DNA of 64,000 bases from a virus, in IMG/VR virus record IMGVR_UViG_3300046468_002660, one strand, 5' to 3'. Below, piece after piece: positions 29,018-37,279 of the stretch (positions are counted from its first letter, which is position 1; each line of letters begins with the position of its first letter). The translations under genes were made by a program, and so were the position numbers. Under the pieces are notes generated by a model. That model was not told the DNA's origin. It worked only from the letters and a program-made list of their open reading frames with translations, and did no database searches.

Positions 29018-29086
29018 GTCCTTTATATTCAGTCACTTAGGTGGCTGGCTGCCGCGCGGCATAAGTGCTTGATATTCAATGAGTTA
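29015..29086 (+). repeat. Dyad element copy 4
   Basis: TAAGTCCTTTATATTCAGTCACTTA-N7-GGCTGCC-N8-TAAGTGCTTGATATTCAATGAGTTA. Confidence 0.9.
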
Positions 29087-29148
29087 AAAATGTTATTTTA
29101 ATTCACTTTTTTCTTGCGTCTGGTAGTCTTTTTTGCGATAGTGTAACC

Positions 29149-29355
29149 ATGCAAAGAATAGTAAAAATCCTAATGGAGCGTGACGGACTTTCCCTCGAAG
29201 ACGCTACTCACCAAACCGCAACTTTTTTTAGAGAAATGTCTGAAGACATCGCAATGGGTGGTGACCCTTTCGAGTGGGAGCATTCGTTCACTAGCGAGTT
29301 TTCTCTAGAGCCAGATTTTTTTGAAGATCTTATTTTTTCGCTTGCAATTGCATAA
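29149..29355 (+). CDS. Small acidic protein
   Basis: Leaderless after TTGCGT-N17-GATAGT. Confidence 0.6.
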   Translation: MQRIVKILMERDGLSLEDATHQTATFFREMSEDIAMGGDPFEWEHSFTSEFSLEPDFFEDLIFSLAIA

Positions 29356-29376
29356 AAATTTGTTTAGTTTTATATC

Positions 29377-30102
29377 ATGAATCTATTATCAAATCCTTCT
29401 AAAATGCCTTGTTTAGGCTTTAACATTCCCGCTTTCAAGTATTGCCCCGCAGCTCAACTTATGGCAAAAGTCAAAGACAAAGCAAAAAAGTTTATTTGTG
29501 ATGCTTGTTATGCTTGCAAAGGTTTTTATATGTTTGCCAATGTCAAACAAAGCTTGCAAGACAAAGCAAATTTTGTTACCAAGTCTTTACATCAAGACAA
29601 TGGGCAATCTTTTGTAAATGAGATGTCAAAGCAAATTACTAAAAAGTATTTTGACAAGCAAGGCAACAAAAAAGTTTTAAAGAATGTCAACACAGATCTT
29701 TTTCGCGTTCATGATTCAGGAGATCTTTTTTCCCCAAAGTATATCGAGGCATGGATTAAGATTTGCGAAAATTTTCCTTCAATTCGCTTTTGGTTTCCAA
29801 CTCGTGAGTGGGCAAGAGATAGTCAATTGCCTTCACTTCGCAAGCTTGCAAGTTTAAAGAATGTTTGTTTAAAACCAAGTGCTTTATATGTAGACGAACC
29901 CGCTCCACAAATCGATGGTCTAGATGCGGGAACTTCCGTCTATAGCTCAAAAGAGAAAGCCGAGCAAGATGGTCATTTTGTTTGCCCCGCAACTTATGTT
30001 AAGGGCGAAGACGGCAAGATTTTAGCAACTTGTAACGCTCATAATTGCAACTTATGCTTTATCAAGGGATGCAAAAAAGGTATTGCATATTTAGCTCATT
30101 AA
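29377..30102 (+). CDS. Gp88-like Cys-rich (probably Fe-S) protein
   Basis: SKMPC, CP...C..CYA.KG.Y, FRVHDSGD, FW.PTRE, C-terminal Cys cluster. Confidence 0.7.
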   Translation: MNLLSNPSKMPCLGFNIPAFKYCPAAQLMAKVKDKAKKFICDACYACKGFYMFANVKQSLQDKANFVTKSLHQDNGQSFVNEMSKQITKKYFDKQGNKKVLKNVNTDLFRVHDSGDLFSPKYIEAWIKICENFPSIRFWFPTREWARDSQLPSLRKLASLKNVCLKPSALYVDEPAPQIDGLDAGTSVYSSKEKAEQDGHFVCPATYVKGEDGKILATCNAHNCNLCFIKGCKKGIAYLAH

Positions 30103-30117
30103 CCTATAATTAAAGCC

Positions 30118-30297
30118 ATGAATGAAGAAACTTATTTTGACTCAGCCCAAGGAATTGACATTTCACAAGATCGTGCTTTGCAAGAATTAGCAAGGCACGA
30201 CATTACTTCAAGTGAAGAAATTATTGAATTCTTTGAAGACATGGGTGACAAGGAAGGATACTCAGCCCAAAAAGTTCTTGAGTGGTTAGGCTACTAA
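30118..30297 (+). CDS. 59-aa acidic protein (not in ORF track)
   Basis: MNEETYFDSA...WLGY; TAA stop is the start of repeat copy 5. Confidence 0.6.
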   Translation: MNEETYFDSAQGIDISQDRALQELARHDITSSEEIIEFFEDMGDKEGYSAQKVLEWLGY

Positions 30298-30366
30298 AGC
30301 CTTGACCATCAAGCACTTAGGGGCGCGGCAGCCGCCCAAGCTAACTGCCTGTTAGTCAACGACTTG
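30295..30366 (+). repeat. Dyad element copy 5
   Basis: TAAAGCCTTGACCATCAAGCACTTA-N7-GGCAGCC-N8-TAACTGCCTGTTAGTCAACGACTTG. Confidence 0.9.
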
Positions 30367-30428
30367 CGCAAGCATTTTTATTTAACTTTTTTCTTGCGTT
30401 AATTGTAAAAAGAGTTTAATGTGTTTAT

Positions 30429-30824
30429 ATGATTAACTACGACATACCAGACTCAATCTCACAATTCAACCCACAACCTTCTATGCTAGATTTTGACGAT
30501 TTAGATTTTCAACCACATCGTGGTGCTGATGATGCAGTCCAAGCAAGACTTGACTTTGGCAACGGGCTAGAAATTTCTGTTGTTGCAGGTAATGACGATA
30601 GAAGAGGATTATATGGTAGTGTGAAAGAAGATTTATACGAAGTTGCAATCTTTGATAAAAACGGCATGATTCCACTTTCTCCTTCTGACGATGTTGTCGG
30701 ATGGCAATCTCCCGCCCAAGTATCTATCTTAATGGCAAAAGCTCAAGTCGAAGGAAGTGTTTGGGTTGACGAGCTAATCGAAGACAAAGCAGAATTTAGA
30801 AGAGATTTAGGACTTGACGACTAA
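30429..30824 (+). CDS. Hypothetical phage protein
   Basis: FGNGLEISVV...YG...LYEVAI; leaderless start. Confidence 0.65.
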   Translation: MINYDIPDSISQFNPQPSMLDFDDLDFQPHRGADDAVQARLDFGNGLEISVVAGNDDRRGLYGSVKEDLYEVAIFDKNGMIPLSPSDDVVGWQSPAQVSILMAKAQVEGSVWVDELIEDKAEFRRDLGLDD

Positions 30825-30848
30825 ACCAAATTAAACTATATTATTACT

Positions 30849-31112
30849 ATGACAGAAGAACAAAGAATATCAATTATCCGACACGCTCACCAAAATTCTC
30901 AAAAGATTTGTCCTCCAAAATCTATTCAAGAGTTTATTGGTGATATTTTAGTCGAACAATTAGTAACCGAGCATGGTTTGCTTGATACTCAAAAAGAAGA
31001 TCTAGCAGACGAGTCTCAATTTCTCTTCACTGATTCAGCAGAAAACATTGATGAGGAAGACGAACAATTCGGAATATCCGATGAAATGAAAGGAATATAT
31101 CATGATAGTTGA
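30849..31112 (+). CDS. Acidic hypothetical protein
   Basis: Leaderless after TTGACG(30814)-N17-TATATT. Confidence 0.6.
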   Translation: MTEEQRISIIRHAHQNSQKICPPKSIQEFIGDILVEQLVTEHGLLDTQKEDLADESQFLFTDSAENIDEEDEQFGISDEMKGIYHDS

Positions 31113-31294
31113 ATTATTATTTTTCACTCCTTGGCTTTTTGTTTTCTACTTAATGTGGCAAGATTTAAAAGAGGAATGATGCCATTAATAATAATTATGG
31201 CAATTTTATTATTTTTTTATATATCAGATTAAATAGGGCAAATATCAAATAAACTTTTAGTAGTAGTTAGGTTGTCTGGATTAGTCCCCCGCTC

Positions 31295-31366
31295 TAAGTT
31301 GCTGATTATCAAGCACTTAGGGTGGGCGGCTGCCGCGATCATAAGTGCTTAACATTCAACGACTTA
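31295..31366 (+). repeat. Dyad element copy 6
   Basis: TAAGTTGCTGATTATCAAGCACTTA-N8-GGCTGCC-N7-TAAGTGCTTAACATTCAACGACTTA. Confidence 0.9.
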
Positions 31367-31427
31367 CGAAAGCATTTTTATTCATTTTTTTCTTGTGTAT
31401 TTTTATTTTTTCGCTTAGTCTGTATGT

Positions 31428-31634
31428 ATGAAACATTCAGAGAGCGGAACCAAAAAGATATTAAAGCAGTTACGGAAATGTCCCGATATTAAAGACATCC
31501 GTGCCACGGCAAAAGGTCACATGATCCTTGCTCAAAATGGGGAGCAATTACTTGTGCATTTTAGTGCCAAAGCTTTTCATCCATTGCGTAGGTGGTTAAA
31601 AAGAAACACTTCGCTAAAAGCGTTAAAATTTTAG
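31428..31634 (+). CDS. Small basic protein, possibly HicA-like
   Basis: Helix, then AKGH, beta strands, VH, helix; 68 aa. Confidence 0.4.
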   Translation: MKHSESGTKKILKQLRKCPDIKDIRATAKGHMILAQNGEQLLVHFSAKAFHPLRRWLKRNTSLKALKF

Positions 31635-31676
31635 TTTTAGCTTGCAATTATTTTAAATTTAGTTTACTTTACTATT

Positions 31677-31862
31677 ATGGAAACATTAAAAGACTTACTT
31701 AACAGAATTAACGAACTTCAGGAAATCATCGACAGGGAGACCCCTGACGCAGACGCAGGATGCGATTGGTCAAAGTCTCTCGTTATTAACGCTGAGGTAG
31801 AAAAGGATCAAGTCCAAGACATGATCGACAAATTAGCTATTAACTCTCAACTTGTTTATTAA
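31677..31862 (+). CDS. Hypothetical protein
   Basis: Leaderless after TTGCAA-N17-TACTTT. Confidence 0.55.
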   Translation: METLKDLLNRINELQEIIDRETPDADAGCDWSKSLVINAEVEKDQVQDMIDKLAINSQLVY

Positions 31863-31864
31863 TT

Positions 31865-32086
31865 ATGGATACTTACAACGGCTGGAAAAACTGGGCGACC
31901 TGGAATGTTGCTCTTTGGTTAGGGAATGACGAATATCTTTACAAACTTTCTCGTAGATTTGTTCATTACAAAGATCTTGCAAATACGCTAATAGAAATGG
32001 GTAGCCCTTGTACGCCTGACGGGGCAAGGTATGCAGACGAAGACTTAGATACCTACGCCCTCGATGAATGGTTGCAAGAAGAGTAA
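31865..32086 (+). CDS. Conserved small phage protein
   Basis: YNGWKNWATWNVALWLGNDE.LY; TAA stop is the start of repeat copy 7. Confidence 0.65.
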   Translation: MDTYNGWKNWATWNVALWLGNDEYLYKLSRRFVHYKDLANTLIEMGSPCTPDGARYADEDLDTYALDEWLQEE

Positions 32087-32154
32087 GTCGTTGATTACCA
32101 AGCACTTAGGTGCTTGGCAGCCGCGCTCGTAAGAGCTTGGCTATCAGTGATTTA
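32084..32154. repeat. Dyad element copy 7, at the convergence point of + and - genes
   Basis: TAAGTCGTTGATTACCAAGCACTTA-N7-GGCAGCC-N7-TAAGAGCTTGGCTATCAGTGATTTA. Confidence 0.9.
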
Positions 32155-32163
32155 TGAATCGTT

Positions 32164-32412
32164 TTATTCGGTTAGCATTTCTACTTTTACTGCATTGTTT
32201 GCAATGTTGTTAATTTCGGTCATCCATTTATCAACATTTTCATTGAACACTTTTCCATCGCCTGAAATGTTTTCTGCAACTGTGTTTTTAATGGCTCTTG
32301 CTTGAGCCGCAATGTCCAAGAGTGCTCTTGACAAGTTGTAAGCTTGATGATTTTTGTATGAATCGTTTTCTATTAAGTCAACGATTGAGATGGTGTCTTT
32401 ATTAGCTGTCAT
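32164..32412 (-). CDS. Hypothetical protein
   Basis: Leaderless ATG 32412 after TTGCAA-N17-TACATT on the minus strand. Confidence 0.6.
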   Translation of the reverse strand: MTANKDTISIVDLIENDSYKNHQAYNLSRALLDIAAQARAIKNTVAENISGDGKVFNENVDKWMTEINNIANNAVKVEMLTE

Positions 32413-32578
32413 AAACACAATGTAAACTAGCGGTGCGTGTTTTGCAAGCAAATACGGATTTATTTTCACTTTTTTTTCGTTTTTTTATTTAGTTGCAAAT
32501 AGCCTAATAGTGCAACTTTATAGGAGTAGCAGGATTGTACAACTTTATAGTTGGCACACTTCCTGAACACCCGTTCTG

Positions 32579-32649
32579 TAAGTCGTTGTTTAGCAAGCTG
32601 TTACGAGAGCGGCAGCCGCCGCCCTAAGTGCTTGGTTATCAGTCACTTA
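32579..32649 (-). repeat. Dyad element copy 8 (inverted)
   Basis: TAAGTCGTTGTTTAGCAAGCTGTTA-N7-GGCAGCC-N7-TAAGTGCTTGGTTATCAGTCACTTA. Confidence 0.9.
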
Positions 32650-32660
32650 GGAGGCTAAGT

Positions 32661-32759
32661 TTAGCGATGTGCTAAACCTTCCAATTGTGCTATTTGTTTG
32701 TCCAATTCTATTTGAATGGCTTCTATATCCGAAGCTTTCTTTTTATTGTTCAATTTCAT
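32661..32759 (-). CDS. 32-aa peptide (not in ORF track)
   Basis: MKLNNKKKASDIEAIQIELDKQIAQLEGLAHR; AAGGG SD-like sequence. Confidence 0.4.
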   Translation of the reverse strand: MKLNNKKKASDIEAIQIELDKQIAQLEGLAHR

Positions 32760-32833
32760 AGCTTTTACCCTTTCGTTATTTAAAGCCATGATTTGTATTT
32801 TAAGTTTATTTATTGTATTTTTTATGTATTCCA

Positions 32834-33148
32834 TTATACTAGCTCCTCCTCTGCTAAAACTTTGATTCTATCCTCGAAGCATTCGTCAATTTCAGAATCG
32901 CTTTCAATGAAGTCTTCTATTTCTTTATTTGTGAAGGTTAAACTTGTTGGCTTGTCATTATCATCTAATTGCTCAACTTTAAGAACTCTTGCGTTTGTGA
33001 AGATGTCCCACTCGTCAAAGTCATGTTCTATTTTAGCTTGAACTAAGAGTGTTCCAAAGTCTCCGAAGAGAACGATGTCGAATGTTCCACCATGTATGCC
33101 GTTCGAGTCTACGCTCTCGGCACTTTCGAATTGTAATGTCTTTGTCAT
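32834..33148 (-). CDS. Acidic hypothetical protein
   Basis: Near-leaderless ATG 33148 after TTGCGT-N17-TACTAT. Confidence 0.6.
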   Translation of the reverse strand: MTKTLQFESAESVDSNGIHGGTFDIVLFGDFGTLLVQAKIEHDFDEWDIFTNARVLKVEQLDDNDKPTSLTFTNKEIEDFIESDSEIDECFEDRIKVLAEEELV

Positions 33149-33222
33149 ATAACTACATAGTAAACCACAAAACAAAAGAACGCAAGAAAAAAGCGATTTA
33201 TTTTGCATTTATTTTACTTTCG

Positions 33223-33293
33223 TAAGTCGTTGTTTAGCAAGCTGTTACGAGAGCGGCAGCCGCCTCCCTAAGTGCTTGGTGGTCAGTCACTTA
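33223..33293 (-). repeat. Dyad element copy 9 (inverted, near-identical to copy 8)
   Basis: TAAGTCGTTGTTTAGCAAGCTGTTA-N7-GGCAGCC-N7-TAAGTGCTTGGTGGTCAGTCACTTA. Confidence 0.9.
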
Positions 33294-33351
33294 GGAGGCT
33301 AGTATTAAAGGCTATGTAAGAAGAGGGCTAGAGATAGACAAGCGATCAAGA

Positions 33352-33531
33352 TCATATAGCCTCCTTGTATTGCTTGCCGTTTTTGACGATTGCCAAGTGA
33401 GGATTTTTTCTTTTTATTTGTTTTGCAATCTCCATAGCTTTAGCTTGTGAAGTTGCGTTGTCAACTAGCTTTCCAAAGACTCGAATGTCAATCCAATTGG
33501 AAAAGTTTTGGTTCTTTAGTATTGAGATCAT
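33352..33531 (-). CDS. 59-aa hypothetical protein (not in ORF track)
   Basis: MISILKNQNFSNWIDIRVFG...; leaderless after TTGACA-N17-TACAAT. Confidence 0.6.
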   Translation of the reverse strand: MISILKNQNFSNWIDIRVFGKLVDNATSQAKAMEIAKQIKRKNPHLAIVKNGKQYKEAI

Positions 33532-33568
33532 ATCTAATTGTAGTATGGTTGATTTGATTTGTCAAGAC

Positions 33569-33781
33569 TTACCTTTTAAAGTAAGCCTTGACTTGATCGG
33601 CAGTTGCCTTGACTAAGTCAGAGATAAAAACTTCTGACTCAAAAAGATGGTCTTGCGAGTGATGCTTTATTGTAGCGATACGCTGAGATCCGACTCGATC
33701 AAGAGAAACGAGACGAACGACTTTATTATTTACCCGTGAGTGATACAGGCTTCCGACTTTTAATCCTTTAGTAATGTTCAT
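33569..33781 (-). CDS. Hypothetical protein
   Basis: Leaderless after TTGACA-N17-TAGTTT. Confidence 0.6.
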   Translation of the reverse strand: MNITKGLKVGSLYHSRVNNKVVRLVSLDRVGSQRIATIKHHSQDHLFESEVFISDLVKATADQVKAYFKR

Positions 33782-34035
33782 ATATACAAACTAAACCAAT
33801 TAATGCGTTGTGTCAAACTATTTGAGCAAAAAAACCCTCTTTTTTAAAAGTTTTTTTGATTGCACTATGTCCCCCGTTTTTTGAATTTTTTTTTAGGTGC
33901 TATCCTGAGATTTAGCGGGGGGGTGGGTTTTCTCAAAAAATCAACGCTTTATTCTTTTGTGAATAACATTTTTACGAAAAAAATCGGCGACACTTGAATT
34001 TTGAGCGTGTAATATATAGTATATCTTTTAAATAC

Positions 34036-34761
34036 ATGCCAAGACGCAAAAAATCTGAAATAGAAGACGATCAGGAAATAGAAAAAATTATGAGCTCAAT
34101 GTCTAAGACAAAGGTTAAGCTCAAAAAAATAGATTTTTCTGACAAACAACAAGAGTTACTAAAACTGATCTTTGATCGAGACACTAAAATAATTTTCATC
34201 AACGGTCCAGCTGGAACAAGTAAAACCTTTATGGCAATTTATGGAGCGCTTCAATTGTTCAACATGAATAATAACTACAGTATTAGTTATGTGCGAACGA
34301 TTATTGAAAGCGCTGATAGAGGAATGGGCGCTCTACCAGGAAGTGTAGATGAAAAATTTTGCCCATTTATGATGCCGCTTAATGATAAACTATACGAATT
34401 GATACCAATATCGACAGCAAAAAATTTGGTTGACAAAGGCGTGATAACAGCTATGCCTATTAATTATTTACGCGGAGCGAGTTTAAACGATCAAATTGTA
34501 ATAGCTGATGAAGCTCAAAACTTTAGCTTAAAAGAGCTAGTAACCCTAATCACAAGAATAGGAGAGAACACGAAAATGTTTATTTGTGGAGATATTATGC
34601 AGAGCGATATAAACGGAAAAAGCGGATTATGTCCAATTAAAGAACTTTTTGACGAAGAAAATTCTAAAAGGCAAGGGATACACACTTTTGACTTTGATCA
34701 TAAAGATATAAAGAGAAGCGAAATATTAAAATATATAGTTAAAAAATTAGAAGAATTATAA
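34036..34761 (+). CDS. phoH: PhoH-family ATPase
   Basis: GPAGTSKT, G.LPG, YLRG, DEAQN, TRIG, GDIMQSD. Confidence 0.9.
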   Translation: MPRRKKSEIEDDQEIEKIMSSMSKTKVKLKKIDFSDKQQELLKLIFDRDTKIIFINGPAGTSKTFMAIYGALQLFNMNNNYSISYVRTIIESADRGMGALPGSVDEKFCPFMMPLNDKLYELIPISTAKNLVDKGVITAMPINYLRGASLNDQIVIADEAQNFSLKELVTLITRIGENTKMFICGDIMQSDINGKSGLCPIKELFDEENSKRQGIHTFDFDHKDIKRSEILKYIVKKLEEL

Positions 34762-34776
34762 AGTGTATATAAATAC

Positions 34777-34971
34777 ATGCAAGAAGGAGATTATATATAC
34801 TTTAATCACAATAATACAAAAAAATCAGGGAAAATAGCTAAAATTTTTACTCAAATTGGTTTTGAGGATCATGGCGAAAAAATGGTGGTAATTTTAGTTG
34901 ATAATTCGAATGGCTTATTTAACGAAGAGTCTAGTTTAATTTTAAAACTTAAAGACCTGCAAGTTATGTGA
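34777..34971 (+). CDS. Hypothetical protein
   Basis: GTGTAT late motif directly upstream. Confidence 0.55.
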   Translation: MQEGDYIYFNHNNTKKSGKIAKIFTQIGFEDHGEKMVVILVDNSNGLFNEESSLILKLKDLQVM

Positions 34972-35016
34972 GCATTTAAATTGAAAAAATCCTGTGTATT
35001 ATTAGTATAAATACAT

Positions 35017-35241
35017 ATGGAGTTGATCATATCTGCATTTATAGGAGCGTTGTCTGCAATTATTGTCGCGATTTTAAATAAAAAAAAGAGCGATAGTAAT
35101 AAAGATAAAATCGTGCAACAAATAATTGAACAATTAAACATTAACCACAACAATGTTTATGTTGTCGATTCTACAAAAAAACAAGAAATTAAATATAAAT
35201 CAGAAGGCTCGCAAAATAAATCTTTAATTATACTAAAATAA
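35017..35241 (+). CDS. Small membrane protein (holin-like topology, function unknown)
   Basis: N-terminal TM LIISAFIGALSAIIVAIL followed by KKK. Confidence 0.5.
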   Translation: MELIISAFIGALSAIIVAILNKKKSDSNKDKIVQQIIEQLNINHNNVYVVDSTKKQEIKYKSEGSQNKSLIILK

Positions 35242-35242
35242 A

Positions 35243-35533
35243 ATGGCACATAAATACTGTAAATCATGTGGAAGCAAAAATGAATATCTTGGCGTAGAGC
35301 CAAAATTTTGCAGTCATTGTGGAGCCCCGTTGGGTGCTTCATCAATAAAGAGAGTTGTTAAAAACTCAGAGGCTCAAGCTGGAAACTTTGAAAGCTTAGC
35401 TGAAGATGAAACTGATGTTAATTTTGTCCCCAATATATCAAAATTACAGTATGAAGTATCGCCATTCGAAAAAAGAACTTTCAAGGTGGAAGAACTATTT
35501 AATCTTGAAAGCGATGGCAAAAAAGAGGGGTAG
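35243..35533 (+). CDS. Zinc-ribbon protein
   Basis: CKSCG...FCSHCG. Confidence 0.7.
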   Translation: MAHKYCKSCGSKNEYLGVEPKFCSHCGAPLGASSIKRVVKNSEAQAGNFESLAEDETDVNFVPNISKLQYEVSPFEKRTFKVEELFNLESDGKKEG

Positions 35534-36233
35534 GCCAAGAAAAATAAGATTCGAAGATAAGTACGAAACAATTCTAGAGCAAATAGCTAAAAGAAGAGGG
35601 CAGTGGTACTTAAAGGCAATAAATTGGATTTCTTGGGACGATGTGGTGCAAATTATATTATCACACATCCATCAGAAATGGCACCTATGGGATCAGAAAA
35701 GATCTATTGAGCCATGGCTTAATAGAATTATATCAAATCAAATCAAAAACTTATTAAGAAACCATTACAGTAACTTTATTAGACCTTGCACTTCTTGCCC
35801 TTTTAATTCTTCAGGAGCAATAGATAATAACAATGAATCCGCAAATACTTGTTCTTGGACAAAAACAGGAAAGCAAGATGGCAGCTGTCCTTTATTTAAA
35901 AAATGGGAGCGCACAAAAAAATCTTCTTTTCACATTAACACAGCTTCTTGCATAGATAACTCAGAAGCGCTACATAAAAAGCATAAAGATTTTGATATTG
36001 ATAATGCGACAAAAAAACTTAATGAGCATATGAAAAATAATTTATCAGAAAAACATTATAAAATATATGAAATGATACATATTTATAATTTAGATATTCA
36101 TAAAGCTGCTGAGAAACTTGGATATAAAAGCAATGAAAAAGGAAGAAATGCGGGATACAAACAAATAAAAAATTTTGAAAAAATGTTTAAAGCATTAGCT
36201 AAAAAAATAATTAATGAAAACGACATAATATGA
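35514..36233 (+). CDS. Phage ECF-like sigma factor with Cys4 insertion
   Basis: Region-2-like DDVVQIILSHIHQKWHLWDQKRSIEPWLNRIISNQIKNLLR; region-4-like LSEKHYKIYEMIHIYNLDIHKAAEKLGY. Confidence 0.7.
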   Translation: MAKKRGRPRKIRFEDKYETILEQIAKRRGQWYLKAINWISWDDVVQIILSHIHQKWHLWDQKRSIEPWLNRIISNQIKNLLRNHYSNFIRPCTSCPFNSSGAIDNNNESANTCSWTKTGKQDGSCPLFKKWERTKKSSFHINTASCIDNSEALHKKHKDFDIDNATKKLNEHMKNNLSEKHYKIYEMIHIYNLDIHKAAEKLGYKSNEKGRNAGYKQIKNFEKMFKALAKKIINENDII

Positions 36234-37279
36234 AACTAACAGAAGAACAACAAAACTTTATAAGAGAAAATTATATGTTAATATCTGATTTGATTGAATT
36301 AACGAGACAAGTATTTAATGACAATACTCTTGACGGTAGAACAAAAGAAGGTCGAGCTGTAAGGAAATATCTTGTAGATAATAATCTAGAATATAAAACG
36401 ACAGAAAAACAAAAAAAAGAAGATATAACATTTTCTCAAGAACAAAAAGAATTTATTGTTCAATATGCGAAAGAAGGTATGAGTGCATATGAAATATCAA
36501 AAATTATATTCCCAGATATAAATATAACAAATTTAACAAAAGAAGTAACAGAAGTAGCTAAATTTATAGAAGATATTGATCAGAAGCTTTTGCATCCTGA
36601 CGAATCTGCAATAAACTCTCAGTATTTTGCGCCAAAATCTGTTTCGAGAGTAATTAAAAAAATTAATGATTATTGTCAAGAAGAACTTGACGAAAAGCAA
36701 TTAAATCGTCAAGATTTAGACAACATAGAAAGCACAACGAAATTTTTGTCTGCACCTAGATTTATTCAAGTGATTAATACATATAGCGCCATGGATGATA
36801 GAAATTTATTTGAAGCTGAGTATATAAGATCTGTATGGGATAAACCAGACTTAACAAGTGATGAATTAAATTTGTACATTAATGTTTGTATGGATTATAT
36901 TCATTTAAAAAATATTAGTAAAGCAATAGATAAATTAAATCGTATGTTTGAAGAATGTGAAGATCAGAGAGACATGACTGTACGATTAGCTGAATTATTA
37001 AAAACAAAAAGCGAAGAATACAATCAATGTGAAAAACGTCAAGAAACATTAATCGCGCGGTTAAATGGTGATAGAAAAGAGCGTATCAAGAATAGACATA
37101 AAGATAATGCATCTATACTATCACTTGTTAGAGTATTTCAAAATGAAACAGATAGAAAGCGTATGGTAGAAATGGCAGAAAAACAAAAATTACTTATTAA
37201 TCAAGAAGCTGACGAATTAGAGAGAATGGATGTTTGGAAAGCTCGAGTTTTAGGAATATCAAAAGATGAAGCTATCTAA
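36230..37279 (+). CDS. Hypothetical protein (HTH-like N-terminus, coiled-coil C-terminus; possible small terminase)
   Basis: 349-aa ORF upstream of large terminase. Confidence 0.45.
   Translation: MKLTEEQQNFIRENYMLISDLIELTRQVFNDNTLDGRTKEGRAVRKYLVDNNLEYKTTEKQKKEDITFSQEQKEFIVQYAKEGMSAYEISKIIFPDINITNLTKEVTEVAKFIEDIDQKLLHPDESAINSQYFAPKSVSRVIKKINDYCQEELDEKQLNRQDLDNIESTTKFLSAPRFIQVINTYSAMDDRNLFEAEYIRSVWDKPDLTSDELNLYINVCMDYIHLKNISKAIDKLNRMFEECEDQRDMTVRLAELLKTKSEEYNQCEKRQETLIARLNGDRKERIKNRHKDNASILSLVRVFQNETDRKRMVEMAEKQKLLINQEADELERMDVWKARVLGISKDEAI

Noticed and set aside
23703-33293. CRISPR array interpretation of the dyad repeats
   Set aside because: Units are 71-72 bp, degenerate and separated by 0.4-2.9 kb of genes; no cas genes in the window
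23703-33293. Canonical integron attC or XerCD dif sites
   Set aside because: No consistent RYYYAAC/GTTRRRY ends, no dif consensus and no integrase seen; only the organisation is analogous
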